A stretch of DNA of 64,000 nt from Bdellovibrionia bacterium (GTDB lineage Bacteria; Bdellovibrionota; UBA1018), in assembly GCA_040399745.1 (NCBI GenBank), contig JBBARP010000001.1:266617-330616 (forward strand). The letters are read 5' to 3'. How positions within the stretch are numbered: position 1 is the first letter of the stretch; each line of letters starts with the position of its first letter. Under the pieces are notes generated by a model. That model saw only the letters and a list, made by a program, of their open reading frames with translations. It did no database searches and had not been told where the DNA came from. The translations under genes and the position numbers were made by a program. Below are positions 48,043-57,191 of the stretch, piece by piece.

Positions 48043-48452
48043 GTCCGACTCAGGTAGATCAGGCCCAAGCCGGATTTCCGGATCGCGTTTTGCCACCGGT
48101 AGAAGCAGCGACTCTGCGTGCTTATGCCGAAGCTTCAGGGGATCCGAACCCCATTCATTTGGATGAAGCTGTTGCCAAAGAAATGGGCCTTCCTGGGATC
48201 ATCGCTCACGGGATGTGGGTAGCGTCTGTCTTAACGAGTCATGTGCAGCGCTCTTTTGGCGCAGGCATTCAACTGTCCCGGATGAACTACCGTTTCAAAG
48301 GGATGGTGGTCTTGGGCGAAGCTTTGACCCTGACCCTTCGCTGGCGGCCGGATCGGGATTCGTCCGAGGGGCGCGCATTCGAAGCTCAAGCGAAAAAGCC
48401 TGACGGAAGCGTCGCCTGTATCGCTCAAGGCGAGCTTTACCGAGCGCTTTGA
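48039..48452 (+). CDS. MaoC family (R)-hydratase/dehydratase (HadB-like)
   Basis: YAEASGDPNPIHLDEAVAKEMGLPGIIAHGM. Confidence 0.9.
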   Translation: MSPTQVDQAQAGFPDRVLPPVEAATLRAYAEASGDPNPIHLDEAVAKEMGLPGIIAHGMWVASVLTSHVQRSFGAGIQLSRMNYRFKGMVVLGEALTLTLRWRPDRDSSEGRAFEAQAKKPDGSVACIAQGELYRAL

Positions 48453-48466
48453 CGCCAGTGCGGCCC

Positions 48467-49321
48467 TTAAACGGGAAACTCGACCCAGCCTGAGGCCACA
48501 GGAAACCCTGCAGGGGGCTTTCTGCATCGCCCCGTCGACGCAAGCAGCGCGGTAAACGCGCATAAAAAAGCATCGAAAGCGGCGAGACTCGTCGAGAGTT
48601 TTCTTAAATCGCGATCGTAAATAAAGACTTCGTGTTCCTCGGTCAAAGCCGCAAGGATTTGCATCCTGGCCTGCGAGCCAGTCTCGAGGTGTCGATAGGA
48701 AGAGATGGTTCTTTTGCTGAGCTGAAGCGATTCCGAAAGCACCGAAGTGGTGAGCTTGGGTGAGGTCTCGAGAAAGCGAAACCCTGGGAGGCAGCGCTGA
48801 AGGAAGTTCATTCGAGCAGTCAGCGGAGCCTTCGTTCCTCCGAGTGCTTCGTCCACATCAAAGCGGGCTGCCTCAGGAAGGTGAGCCACAATCTCGTGGC
48901 GGAGCCAGAGCTCGACCGGTCGCTGCGTGTAAGGAGTGATCTGCCGCAGACGAGCGGGCTTCTTCCCTGTGCCTCGACCGACTTTCCGCGCATAAGTCCG
49001 CATCCACCGAGTGGCCGGATGACTGCACTTTCCGGGCGCTCGGCACGTTCTCGAGCTGCAAGAAAGACAAGGCGGCAGGGTCAGCGGAACATTCACTCCG
49101 AGCCAAGTTTCCCCGCCCCGTGGGAGCGGAGCCCGAAGTTCATTGAGGAGCTCAATCAGTGCTTCATCAGGAGATTGCTCTTCGCTTCCTGCGAGACGAT
49201 CGTAGACGTCGAGAAGAAAGATTTTTCCTTCCCTGGGATAATACTCGATGGCCGCTAGCGCGGTTCGCTCGCTTTTCGCCCCGGAAAGCTCCAGGCCGAG
49301 AAAGCGGCGGGCATCACGCAC
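48467..49321 (-). CDS. DUF429-like predicted RNase H-fold protein with Cys cluster
   Basis: FLGLELSG..TALA, GVNVPL, QRPVE, LETSPK, FDAFLCAFTA. Confidence 0.7.
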   Translation of the reverse strand: MRDARRFLGLELSGAKSERTALAAIEYYPREGKIFLLDVYDRLAGSEEQSPDEALIELLNELRAPLPRGGETWLGVNVPLTLPPCLSCSSRTCRAPGKCSHPATRWMRTYARKVGRGTGKKPARLRQITPYTQRPVELWLRHEIVAHLPEAARFDVDEALGGTKAPLTARMNFLQRCLPGFRFLETSPKLTTSVLSESLQLSKRTISSYRHLETGSQARMQILAALTEEHEVFIYDRDLRKLSTSLAAFDAFLCAFTALLASTGRCRKPPAGFPVASGWVEFPV

Positions 49322-50435
49322 GGGCCACCTTGATCTCCAAGCCCCGAGCGACTGCGCGGAAAGGCAGCTGGCGAACGCCGGATGCAGTGATCTTTTTCGT
49401 GATCCGTGCTTTCAGCTCAGGGTCACCGGAGGGAACGAAGACAAAGAAGCATCCGCCGCCGCCTGCGCCGCAAACTTTCCCAGCAGGAGCGCCTTCCTTG
49501 CGAGCGATCTCAAAGGCTGCATCCATTTCCGGCGTCGAGATCCCTTGAGCCAGTCCCCGTCGGACTTCCCATTCTTGAGTGATGGCGCGACCTGCAGCTT
49601 CCCAGTCGCGGGCCACCAGAGCGGCTTCGAGAGCCACCGTGGCATCTGTGATTTTCTGGAACTGATTTCGCACGTCACCTTGTTTGTCGATGAACGCTTT
49701 GAACAGAGCCCAGTTGTTGATTCCCGAGTTGCGGCTTTGTCCCGAATAGAACAGGAGTAAGCGGTGCTCCAGTCCGGCCAAAATGCCGCCGGGCAACCAG
49801 GCTCGATCGTGTTTTCCGGGGTTCCAGCGAAGGGCTTGCAAGCCTCCGAACATGGCGCCGTAATAATCCTGTAGGCCGGCGGGCACTTGAATCACCGTGG
49901 TTTCGATATCGCGAACGATGTCGATGAAAGCTTCGCCTTCGGTGCGTGGATCGATGACGGCTTTGCCTTCAGCCGTGCTTCGTGACCAAGAGGCCAAGGC
50001 GCCGACCATAGCGACAGAGAGGGCCGACGAGCCACCTAGACCTGCGCCGGCAGGGCTTCGGGCTTTGGTGACCATTCGGAAAGAAACTCGAGGATCATGG
50101 AATCCCGAAGCGATGCGCTTCTGCGTGAATTCTCGTAGAAGCTTCCAGTGAAGGATCAAAGAGGGCGGGGGATTGAATTGACCCAGCGAATCCCAGGTCA
50201 TCCTTTCCTCGACACCTTGGTCTTCGCTCTTCAAAACCACTTCACCCGATTGGTCGGAAGTTTCCGAAGGGGCTTCGAACTCTTCGATGCGGGCTTCCGC
50301 GAAAAGATCGATCCCGAGGTTCAGGGTGAGCGGGCTTTTCAGGAAAAGGTACAGAGGCCAGATGTCCAGCGTCCCGCCGGCCAGATCGATGCGGGTCGGG
50401 GCACGCGATTCAATGCGTCTCATCTCAGTGGTCAT
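49314..50435 (-). CDS. GHMP-family sugar kinase (HddA-like)
   Basis: APTRIDLAGGTLD, PAGAGLGGSSA, GLQDYY, KVCGAGGGG. Confidence 0.9.
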   Translation of the reverse strand: MTTEMRRIESRAPTRIDLAGGTLDIWPLYLFLKSPLTLNLGIDLFAEARIEEFEAPSETSDQSGEVVLKSEDQGVEERMTWDSLGQFNPPPSLILHWKLLREFTQKRIASGFHDPRVSFRMVTKARSPAGAGLGGSSALSVAMVGALASWSRSTAEGKAVIDPRTEGEAFIDIVRDIETTVIQVPAGLQDYYGAMFGGLQALRWNPGKHDRAWLPGGILAGLEHRLLLFYSGQSRNSGINNWALFKAFIDKQGDVRNQFQKITDATVALEAALVARDWEAAGRAITQEWEVRRGLAQGISTPEMDAAFEIARKEGAPAGKVCGAGGGGCFFVFVPSGDPELKARITKKITASGVRQLPFRAVARGLEIKVARA

Positions 50436-50979
50436 GTTCGAAGGTCCCCACGTAAGGCAGGCCTCTCAGCTTGCCGGCGTAATCAATTCCGTAGCCCACC
50501 ACATACTCCGAACCCACTCGAAATCCGACGTAGTGGGGCTCGATCCCGTTTCGCTGGGCCTCGGGCTTGACCAGTAAACCCACCGTCTTAAACGAGGCAG
50601 GGCCGCGGGCCAGGAAGGACTTCGTCAGGTAGTCCAAGGTCAAACCTGAATCCACGATGTCCTCGACCAGGATGACGTGTTTACCGGCGATCGGCTCAGC
50701 CAGATCGAGAGTGATCTTCACTTCGCCTGAACTTTCCGTGCGGTTTCCGTAAGCCTGGAGGCCTAAAAACTCGCAGTGGATGGGCATGTGCAGGTGGCGA
50801 ATCAGATCCGAGAAAAACGGAAAGCTCCCCTTGAGAACGCAGATGACGGTGATTTCTTGGTCACCGAAGTCGCGAGTGATTTCGTGAGCGAGTTCTTTCA
50901 CCCGCTTTTCCAGCTTTTCCTGCGGGATTAAGACCCGGGGCTTTTTACCTTCGACCGATTTGGAGTCACGCGTGGGCAT
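50425..50979 (-). CDS. hpt: Hypoxanthine phosphoribosyltransferase
   Basis: [42 protein letters not shown]. Confidence 0.96.
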   Translation of the reverse strand: MPTRDSKSVEGKKPRVLIPQEKLEKRVKELAHEITRDFGDQEITVICVLKGSFPFFSDLIRHLHMPIHCEFLGLQAYGNRTESSGEVKITLDLAEPIAGKHVILVEDIVDSGLTLDYLTKSFLARGPASFKTVGLLVKPEAQRNGIEPHYVGFRVGSEYVVGYGIDYAGKLRGLPYVGTFEHDH

Positions 50980-51556
50980 GGATCGTTTCCTCCCGTTCCA
51001 TCAGGTTGGGTTCGTGGCAAAAGCGACAGCGCGCTTCGTACATTTCCTTCGCACCGACTTGGACGCGCGCTGCGGAATCGCCTTGCAGGCGCTGGCTTCG
51101 GGAAGCCGAAGCGCCGCAAACGACGCAGATGGCTTGGAGCTTGGTCACGCTCTCGGCCACTGCCAGAAGGCTGGGAATCGGACCAAAGGGGATGCCTCGG
51201 AAGTCCATGTCCAGGCCTGCGCAGATGACTCGCACTCCGCGATAGGCCAAAGTTTGTGCGACTTCGATCACGCCTTCATCGAAAAACTGCACTTCGTCGA
51301 TGCCGACGACCCGGGTATTGGGCTCTACGCGCTCCAGGATTTCTCGAGATCCACTGACCGGTTGGGCCAAGATCCGATTGGAGTTGTGACTCTGCACGTG
51401 GTCGGCGCTGTAACGGTTGTCGATAGCGGGTTTGAAGACCTGAATTTTTTGCTTACCGTATTGGGCCAATTTCAAACGGCGCATCAGCTCTTCGGTCTTG
51501 CCGCTAAACATGCTTCCGCACACGACTTCGATCGATCCTGGCATTCGTGGGAACAT
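50966..51556 (-). CDS. tdk: Thymidine kinase
   Basis: [41 protein letters not shown]. Confidence 0.98.
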   Translation of the reverse strand: MFPRMPGSIEVVCGSMFSGKTEELMRRLKLAQYGKQKIQVFKPAIDNRYSADHVQSHNSNRILAQPVSGSREILERVEPNTRVVGIDEVQFFDEGVIEVAQTLAYRGVRVICAGLDMDFRGIPFGPIPSLLAVAESVTKLQAICVVCGASASRSQRLQGDSAARVQVGAKEMYEARCRFCHEPNLMEREETIHAHA

Positions 51557-51626
51557 GTGTTGGACTTATCAGAGCGTTCGAATTTTGGGTATGGTTCTGA
51601 GGGGTTGGGCTGCGCTGCGTCGAGCT

Positions 51627-52670
51627 TTAGGGGCTTGTGAAACTGCACCCGGGGCGGGGAGCGCATCCCATCATTTGCCGAAGGCCTGGGTGGGCGCCGT
51701 AGATCCCCTGAATTCGGCTCCGAGCCGAGGGGTAAGAACCCGTCAGAGTTTCTAAGAAGGGCACTTCCCGGTCGCAGAGGTCCAGAACCGAGTTACGAAT
51801 CGCCACGCGCAGGCCAGCCCCGTCCAATTCCGGGCGGGAGGCCCGGAGCGCCTCATAGACGGCTTGGGAGGCCAGCCAATCCGAGAAAGCTTCGGCCAGC
51901 TGGTCATGCTCCTGGCATTCCGCCCGAGCTCGGTGGAGCTTCACAGCCCCCGATCGAATCAAGCAGGCATTCAGCCGGTCGTAGGCCGGGAAGGATCGGT
52001 TTGCGGCTCGAAGCTCGCAAGGGTCGATCGAATGGCCCAGCTCGTGCGCAAAGGTTGCAACCCAGTTGAACCAGGAATTGACCGAAAGCAAGTAGCCGCC
52101 GCCCATTCGAATCCTGCGCAATCCATCCGGCCGTTTTTCAAAGTACACCTGGGATTCCGTCAGTAGGCCTGGATCTTCGCGATAGGGGTTCTCGGGGGTA
52201 GGGAGGTCGAGTTGGACCGAGTGAATGGAGGCGGTGAGGAATCGCCGTTCGTCGGAGCTCAGATCCGTGAGCGGTTGTTTCTCGAGAAAACGCTCCAGCG
52301 TTTGGCGAGTCCATCGGAATGCCGTTTGGAGTCGGGCGATTCGTTCTGCCGTATAAACAGCGCGAACCAGCTCTCCAGTTTGCTGCTCTTCACTCCAATC
52401 GGGATGATCTTCTCGAATACCCTCGAGAAGGGACTCGGCTTCCGCTTCCCCGTCCGCGTCCCGACCTACTTCCCCGGTCAAGTCTCGGCGAACCGTTTCG
52501 TCATCGCAAACCCACGAATGAAAGTCGGCACAGGCCTGAGGAGCATCCACCGAAGGCTGCGGTGCCGGGCCTAACCAGTGGCCAGCCTCCAAAGCAAGCC
52601 ATGCCAAGATCAGTCCTGGCAGGCCGGTGGTCCGGATGAGTTTGCGAAACAGCCGCCTGAGCGCGCTCAA
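51627..52670 (-). CDS. Membrane-anchored compact M13-like zinc metallopeptidase
   Basis: N-terminal TM, ACADFHSWVC, FAHELGHSID, EAFSD, YPSARSRI. Confidence 0.7.
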   Translation of the reverse strand: MSALRRLFRKLIRTTGLPGLILAWLALEAGHWLGPAPQPSVDAPQACADFHSWVCDDETVRRDLTGEVGRDADGEAEAESLLEGIREDHPDWSEEQQTGELVRAVYTAERIARLQTAFRWTRQTLERFLEKQPLTDLSSDERRFLTASIHSVQLDLPTPENPYREDPGLLTESQVYFEKRPDGLRRIRMGGGYLLSVNSWFNWVATFAHELGHSIDPCELRAANRSFPAYDRLNACLIRSGAVKLHRARAECQEHDQLAEAFSDWLASQAVYEALRASRPELDGAGLRVAIRNSVLDLCDREVPFLETLTGSYPSARSRIQGIYGAHPGLRQMMGCAPRPGCSFTSP

Positions 52671-53419
52671 AATAACAGGCTCACCGTTTTCAGGAACAGC
52701 ACGCCCATGACGAGGAAGCCGGAAAGAAGAACTCCCAAAAATAGCAGTTTTGGGAAAAGTGCGATGACGAGGGCTCGCAGATTGCTGATTCGATACACTT
52801 CGCGAGCACCAATCACTGTGACGATCAGAATGCAGATTCGGGAGACGGGCGTGCCCACGACGGGAATAGCTGCCAGAATCGCGGGTGCCATCCCGAACGA
52901 GACCACGCGCAGTGCGGTCGGATAATCGATGGTCTCAGGCGAACCCGACTTGCCCGGCGTGACTAGCCAGCGGGCGCCCAGATAAACCAGCGCCGAATTG
53001 AACAGCAGTGAGACGACGCCGACCAAAGGGGCAACCAAAACGGCGCTGGTGCTCCAAAACCAGTTCATCAAACGATCTCGCGCCTCCAGGATCAGCTCAG
53101 TCTGTCCGGGATGATCGACCTCGGCCACTTCGCCGGCGATACGAAAAATATCGTCCATTCCTCCGATCAAGTAGCGGCCCAAAGCGCCTTGCCAGAGGAA
53201 CTCCACGACCGATCCGAGCCAAATCCCCACTAAGGCAAATGCCAAAGGCCCAACGACGCTCGATCCTCGAGGCATCGCCCGGAAGAAAAGGGTGGGGCGA
53301 GTCAGGATGTTCCAGACGTCGTGAAAATAACGATGAATCCAGTCCGATGCCGTTGGATCGGGTTGAATGGAGATCGTGTCAGGAGTTTCCGCTTTGCTGG
53401 GGCTTTGAGGGATTTCCAT
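52667..53419 (-). CDS. Yip1-domain membrane protein
   Basis: WNILTRPTLFFRAM, YPTALRVVSFG, IPVVG; five TM helices. Confidence 0.8.
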   Translation of the reverse strand: MEIPQSPSKAETPDTISIQPDPTASDWIHRYFHDVWNILTRPTLFFRAMPRGSSVVGPLAFALVGIWLGSVVEFLWQGALGRYLIGGMDDIFRIAGEVAEVDHPGQTELILEARDRLMNWFWSTSAVLVAPLVGVVSLLFNSALVYLGARWLVTPGKSGSPETIDYPTALRVVSFGMAPAILAAIPVVGTPVSRICILIVTVIGAREVYRISNLRALVIALFPKLLFLGVLLSGFLVMGVLFLKTVSLLF

Positions 53420-54881
53420 CCGGAGCCTTTCCCGAAGTTTGGGCCGGCGCTTGGAAGGCGTCGCGGCGTTGAGGGAGCATATCCCAGATGGAAGGATCTA
53501 CCACGAAGACCTCGGAACGCTTGGAGTCGAGATCGCGCGCGTAGAGTTGTTCGCCTTTTTTCCAAAAGCGGAGGCGCTTTTTGGAGATGTCCTGCGCGTC
53601 GGCTAGGCGCACTAGAACGCCGCTTTCTTCGCCCGAAGGGACCTTCGCGCCGGTGAGAAATTCCCGGATCCGATTTCCGGAAAGGCGGTCCAGCAGCTGC
53701 TGCGTCTTTTCTTGACTCAGGTCTGTCCCGCTCAGGATCAGGGGATCCTTGCCGAGAGCTTTGCTTTCAAAGATCAGCTTTTTCACGGCAAAGCGTTCCA
53801 TCGAGGTCAGCAGCTTGGAGAGTCGAAGCTCGGCCAGGGATGGGTTCAAGCGATCGGAGGTCGAGCCTTCGACTTCGAAAACCGGGTCGGCTTGCGAAGA
53901 GAGTACGTAGGACTGACGCTTTTCGCCTTTCCCTTTTTCTTGGAACCGAAGCTCGGTCTCCTTGCCGGCCGTGTCCTTCAGGATCAAGGTCAGCGCGGTT
54001 TTGGTGCCTTTCAGGAAGGGCCCTGCAGCAGGCGATGTGCGACTATCGGCGGCAAACCGAGTGGCTTGAAGCGCTGTGGCGCTAGCGACAATGCCGTCCA
54101 AGTTCTCGGGGTCGCCCGGAAGGGTTTCAGTCGTACCACCGCGGGTGAGTGTGAGATCCCATTGACCGGGCTGTTTCTTGGAAGCCACCACAGTCTGCTT
54201 CTCGCTGACGATTCGAATTTCCGACACGTCGCTGTTCTTCAGGGTGGTGATCCGTTTGTTGCGCCACCAGGTCAGGTCGTGCGTGAATTGGGCACGGACC
54301 GAAATCGGTACAAGCAGCGCTTGGGTTTCCTGGCCTTCGATCAGGCCGAATACGGAATTCCCCAGCGGATGAGGCTCGCCCACCCAAAGTTGTCGAGAGG
54401 GGCCGTTGACAGGCTCAACGGTGATTGAATTTCTTCGTCCTGCGTCACGCTCTTCTTTGGACAGACCGTAATCCTGCAGGAGCGCTTTTTGTTTCTCCGG
54501 CTTGTCCTCGGCCAGGGAGATGGTTTCCGTTCGATTCAGGTTCGCCACGGCAGAAAGCAGCGCGTTCACGTTCGAGTCGTCCGCGCTGAATTTTCCTGGT
54601 GAGGTCAGCGCCCAGCGAGATTGATCACCGGGCTTACAGAATCCGGCCGAGACGTCCAAGCATTGAAAGCTTTGGATGGTCTTTCCAATCTGAAGTTTAA
54701 GCGCTGCGACAGCTTGGCTTTTTAACTCGAAAACTTTCCCTTGCTCGGCTTCTTGGTCCTCTTGAGCCGGGCGGTGTTTGTACTCGAGCCAGATCGCGAA
54801 ACTGCTCACGGCAACCAAGCTCGTCGCGAGCAGAAGGGGTTTCTTCCAGTTCGGGGACGTCAAGGCCGGTGCTTCACTCAT
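53379..54881 (-). CDS. DUF4340 domain protein
   Basis: N-terminal TM; repeated WALTSP..ADDSNVNALL..DYGL modules; follows GldG-like gene. Confidence 0.8.
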   Translation of the reverse strand: MSEAPALTSPNWKKPLLLATSLVAVSSFAIWLEYKHRPAQEDQEAEQGKVFELKSQAVAALKLQIGKTIQSFQCLDVSAGFCKPGDQSRWALTSPGKFSADDSNVNALLSAVANLNRTETISLAEDKPEKQKALLQDYGLSKEERDAGRRNSITVEPVNGPSRQLWVGEPHPLGNSVFGLIEGQETQALLVPISVRAQFTHDLTWWRNKRITTLKNSDVSEIRIVSEKQTVVASKKQPGQWDLTLTRGGTTETLPGDPENLDGIVASATALQATRFAADSRTSPAAGPFLKGTKTALTLILKDTAGKETELRFQEKGKGEKRQSYVLSSQADPVFEVEGSTSDRLNPSLAELRLSKLLTSMERFAVKKLIFESKALGKDPLILSGTDLSQEKTQQLLDRLSGNRIREFLTGAKVPSGEESGVLVRLADAQDISKKRLRFWKKGEQLYARDLDSKRSEVFVVDPSIWDMLPQRRDAFQAPAQTSGKAPDGNPSKPQQSGNS

Positions 54882-54897
54882 GATGGAGACTCCTTGC

Positions 54898-56421
54898 TTA
54901 CAGTCGACGACGGCGGACCCACACTCCCACGCCTGCGAGAGCAGCTAGAGCAGGAGTCAGCACCACCGAAATCCAGAAAACCAGGCTGTTCTGTTTGGCG
55001 GTGAGCTCGATCTTACCGGGGCCTTCGTCCTTGGCGCGAATCGAGATCAAGTTTTCATCTTCGAGCACCCAGCTGGCTGCGTTCAGGATGAAATCGAGAT
55101 TTCCTCCGAAGCGGCTGAACTGATTCGTGGCAAAGCCCGAGCTTCCGAAAACGACCAGTCGCGTGTTGCGCGGGGCTTTGGAGTCCTTCAATTTGCCTTC
55201 GACCGCAACCGCCGTACTCAGCGGGCCTTGCTTATCTGTGCCTGCGTCTTGGCGAACTTGACCGCTCGCGATTTGAGCAGGACTTGTCTCGCCCCAGCTT
55301 TGCGGGGTGGTTTGAGCGAGCCACTGCACGTTCATCCCGGCCGGAGCGCCAGAAATAATCTCAAGTGGTCGGGCAATCGGGAAAGTGCAATTCTGTTGGA
55401 AGTCGCGCGTGATGGGGTTGTCTTTCGAGTAGCTCACCAAGAGCGGCGCGACGGCATCGCCCCCAAAACGCTGGGAGACTGGGTCGACGATCAGGGCTTG
55501 GACGGGGCGAATTTGCCACTCGTTCAGCACTGCAAGGAGTTCCGGCGCGGGTTCTTGGCCTTTCAAGTCGGCATCCAGAGCCACGACGGCACGCCCGCCG
55601 TTTGCCAGGAAATCGCGGATGAGTTTCACTTCATTGGCGAAGAACGCTTTGGTCGGTCCAATGATGGCGATTGCGTCGCAAGTCTCGGGCAGCTTTCCTT
55701 CCGTCACCAGGTTGATTTCCCGGGTTTCGTAAGACTGATCCTCGAGCGCTTTTTTCACCGCTTCCAGGCCGTCCGCTTGGTTTCCGGCAAGCGACTTCTC
55801 GCCGTGACCTGTCAGTGCGCAGAGTGTTTGCTTCTTCGAGCGAGTCAACTTGATCAGAGCGTTCGTGACTTTCTCCTCGGTGGGTTCTTCCACTTTGGTT
55901 TCACGATCCCCGATCACGAGTTGAAGAGTTCCGTACTTCTTGATTCCCGCAAGTTTCGTTCGCGCCACTTCCTTATCGGGATCGACCACTTCTGATCGAA
56001 ACTTCGGCGAGAGGTTCTCATAGTTTTCGAGCAGCATTCTGAGCTGTTCGCGTTGCTGAGTCTTTGCGAAATGGATGGCTTTGACCGGGTCCTTGAGGCT
56101 CAAAATCACCTTCCGGGTTTGATCCGAAAGGGAATGAGCTTGGTTTCTCGTCAGGTCCCATTTTCCGGGGTAGCGCGAGGCCAAGAAATTCACCACGGCC
56201 ACCAAGGAAAGAACCAAGACGGTGATCAAGGCGCTGTGAAGTCCGTAGGCCGCGGTACGAGACCGCAACGCCATCCAGTTCTTCTGAAGCAGGTACCCGA
56301 GCCAAAGGGCGAGTCCCGAGGCGAGAGCCACGGTCAGCCAGGTCATTTCAGGAAGGATGGAGCGCGCCATGAGCAGCGCAACGGCCAGAACGAAAGTGAT
56401 CAGAGCGTGAAGGGCGGTCAT
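54898..56421 (-). CDS. GldG-family ABC auxiliary component
   Basis: WDLTRNQAHSLSDQT, LTGHGE, FLANGGR, RLVVFGSS, NLDFILNAASW; alternative start 56436. Confidence 0.88.
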   Translation of the reverse strand: MTALHALITFVLAVALLMARSILPEMTWLTVALASGLALWLGYLLQKNWMALRSRTAAYGLHSALITVLVLSLVAVVNFLASRYPGKWDLTRNQAHSLSDQTRKVILSLKDPVKAIHFAKTQQREQLRMLLENYENLSPKFRSEVVDPDKEVARTKLAGIKKYGTLQLVIGDRETKVEEPTEEKVTNALIKLTRSKKQTLCALTGHGEKSLAGNQADGLEAVKKALEDQSYETREINLVTEGKLPETCDAIAIIGPTKAFFANEVKLIRDFLANGGRAVVALDADLKGQEPAPELLAVLNEWQIRPVQALIVDPVSQRFGGDAVAPLLVSYSKDNPITRDFQQNCTFPIARPLEIISGAPAGMNVQWLAQTTPQSWGETSPAQIASGQVRQDAGTDKQGPLSTAVAVEGKLKDSKAPRNTRLVVFGSSGFATNQFSRFGGNLDFILNAASWVLEDENLISIRAKDEGPGKIELTAKQNSLVFWISVVLTPALAALAGVGVWVRRRRL

Positions 56422-56426
56422 CGTGC

Positions 56427-57191
56427 TTACCTCCAACGATAGGAATCCAACACCCGGTGAGTGAGGAAGAGCCCCGTTCCAATGAAAGAAAGGAAGAACA
56501 GGGCGTCATGGCTAGCCAAAACTCCTTGTCCGAAGTTCTGATAATGACTGATCAAGGACAGATAATTCAGGACGTCCGAGGCCACGGGACCTGCCGATTG
56601 AGCGGCCCAGTTGATCAACCAGAAAAACAGTCCGCCAGCGAAGGTCAGCGCACCCGCGACGATCTGATTCTCGGTGGTTGCCGAAAAAAGTAGACCGATG
56701 GCTAGATAGCACCCGCTGAGCAGAAGCGTTCCGAGGTAGCTGGTGAAGATCGGGCCCGCTTCCGGATTGCCTGCCCAGAAAAGAATCACGGGATAAATCA
56801 GGGTGCAGGCCAAGAGCGTGAGGTTCAGAAGGAATGCCGAGAGAAATTTTCCGACAATGATCTCGGTCAGCGTCAGCGGTGAGGTCATGAGAAGGGCCAA
56901 CGTCTGGTTCTTCCGCTCCTCGGCCAGCAGGCGCATGGTGATGAACGGAGTCATGAACAGCAGAATGACGTTCATGTTTCCGTAGAGCGGCCGAATCAGG
57001 CCATCGGTGAGCGTGGGTTGTTTTCCCATTCCCATCTGCTGGTACTGCATCGACTGAAGGTTGAAGTAATTCAGGTTAAAAAAGAACATCCAACCCATGA
57101 TCAGTAGGAATCCAGCGATCACGATGTAGGCGATGGGCGAAGCGAAATAGGCCCGGTAGTCGCGTCGGGCAACGGTCCAAACGTTTTTCAT
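56427..57191 (-). CDS. ABC-2 permease (GldF-like)
   Basis: YFASPIAY, ITMRLLAEERKNQTLALLMTSP, IIVGKF, TENQIVA. Confidence 0.92.
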   Translation of the reverse strand: MKNVWTVARRDYRAYFASPIAYIVIAGFLLIMGWMFFFNLNYFNLQSMQYQQMGMGKQPTLTDGLIRPLYGNMNVILLFMTPFITMRLLAEERKNQTLALLMTSPLTLTEIIVGKFLSAFLLNLTLLACTLIYPVILFWAGNPEAGPIFTSYLGTLLLSGCYLAIGLLFSATTENQIVAGALTFAGGLFFWLINWAAQSAGPVASDVLNYLSLISHYQNFGQGVLASHDALFFLSFIGTGLFLTHRVLDSYRWR

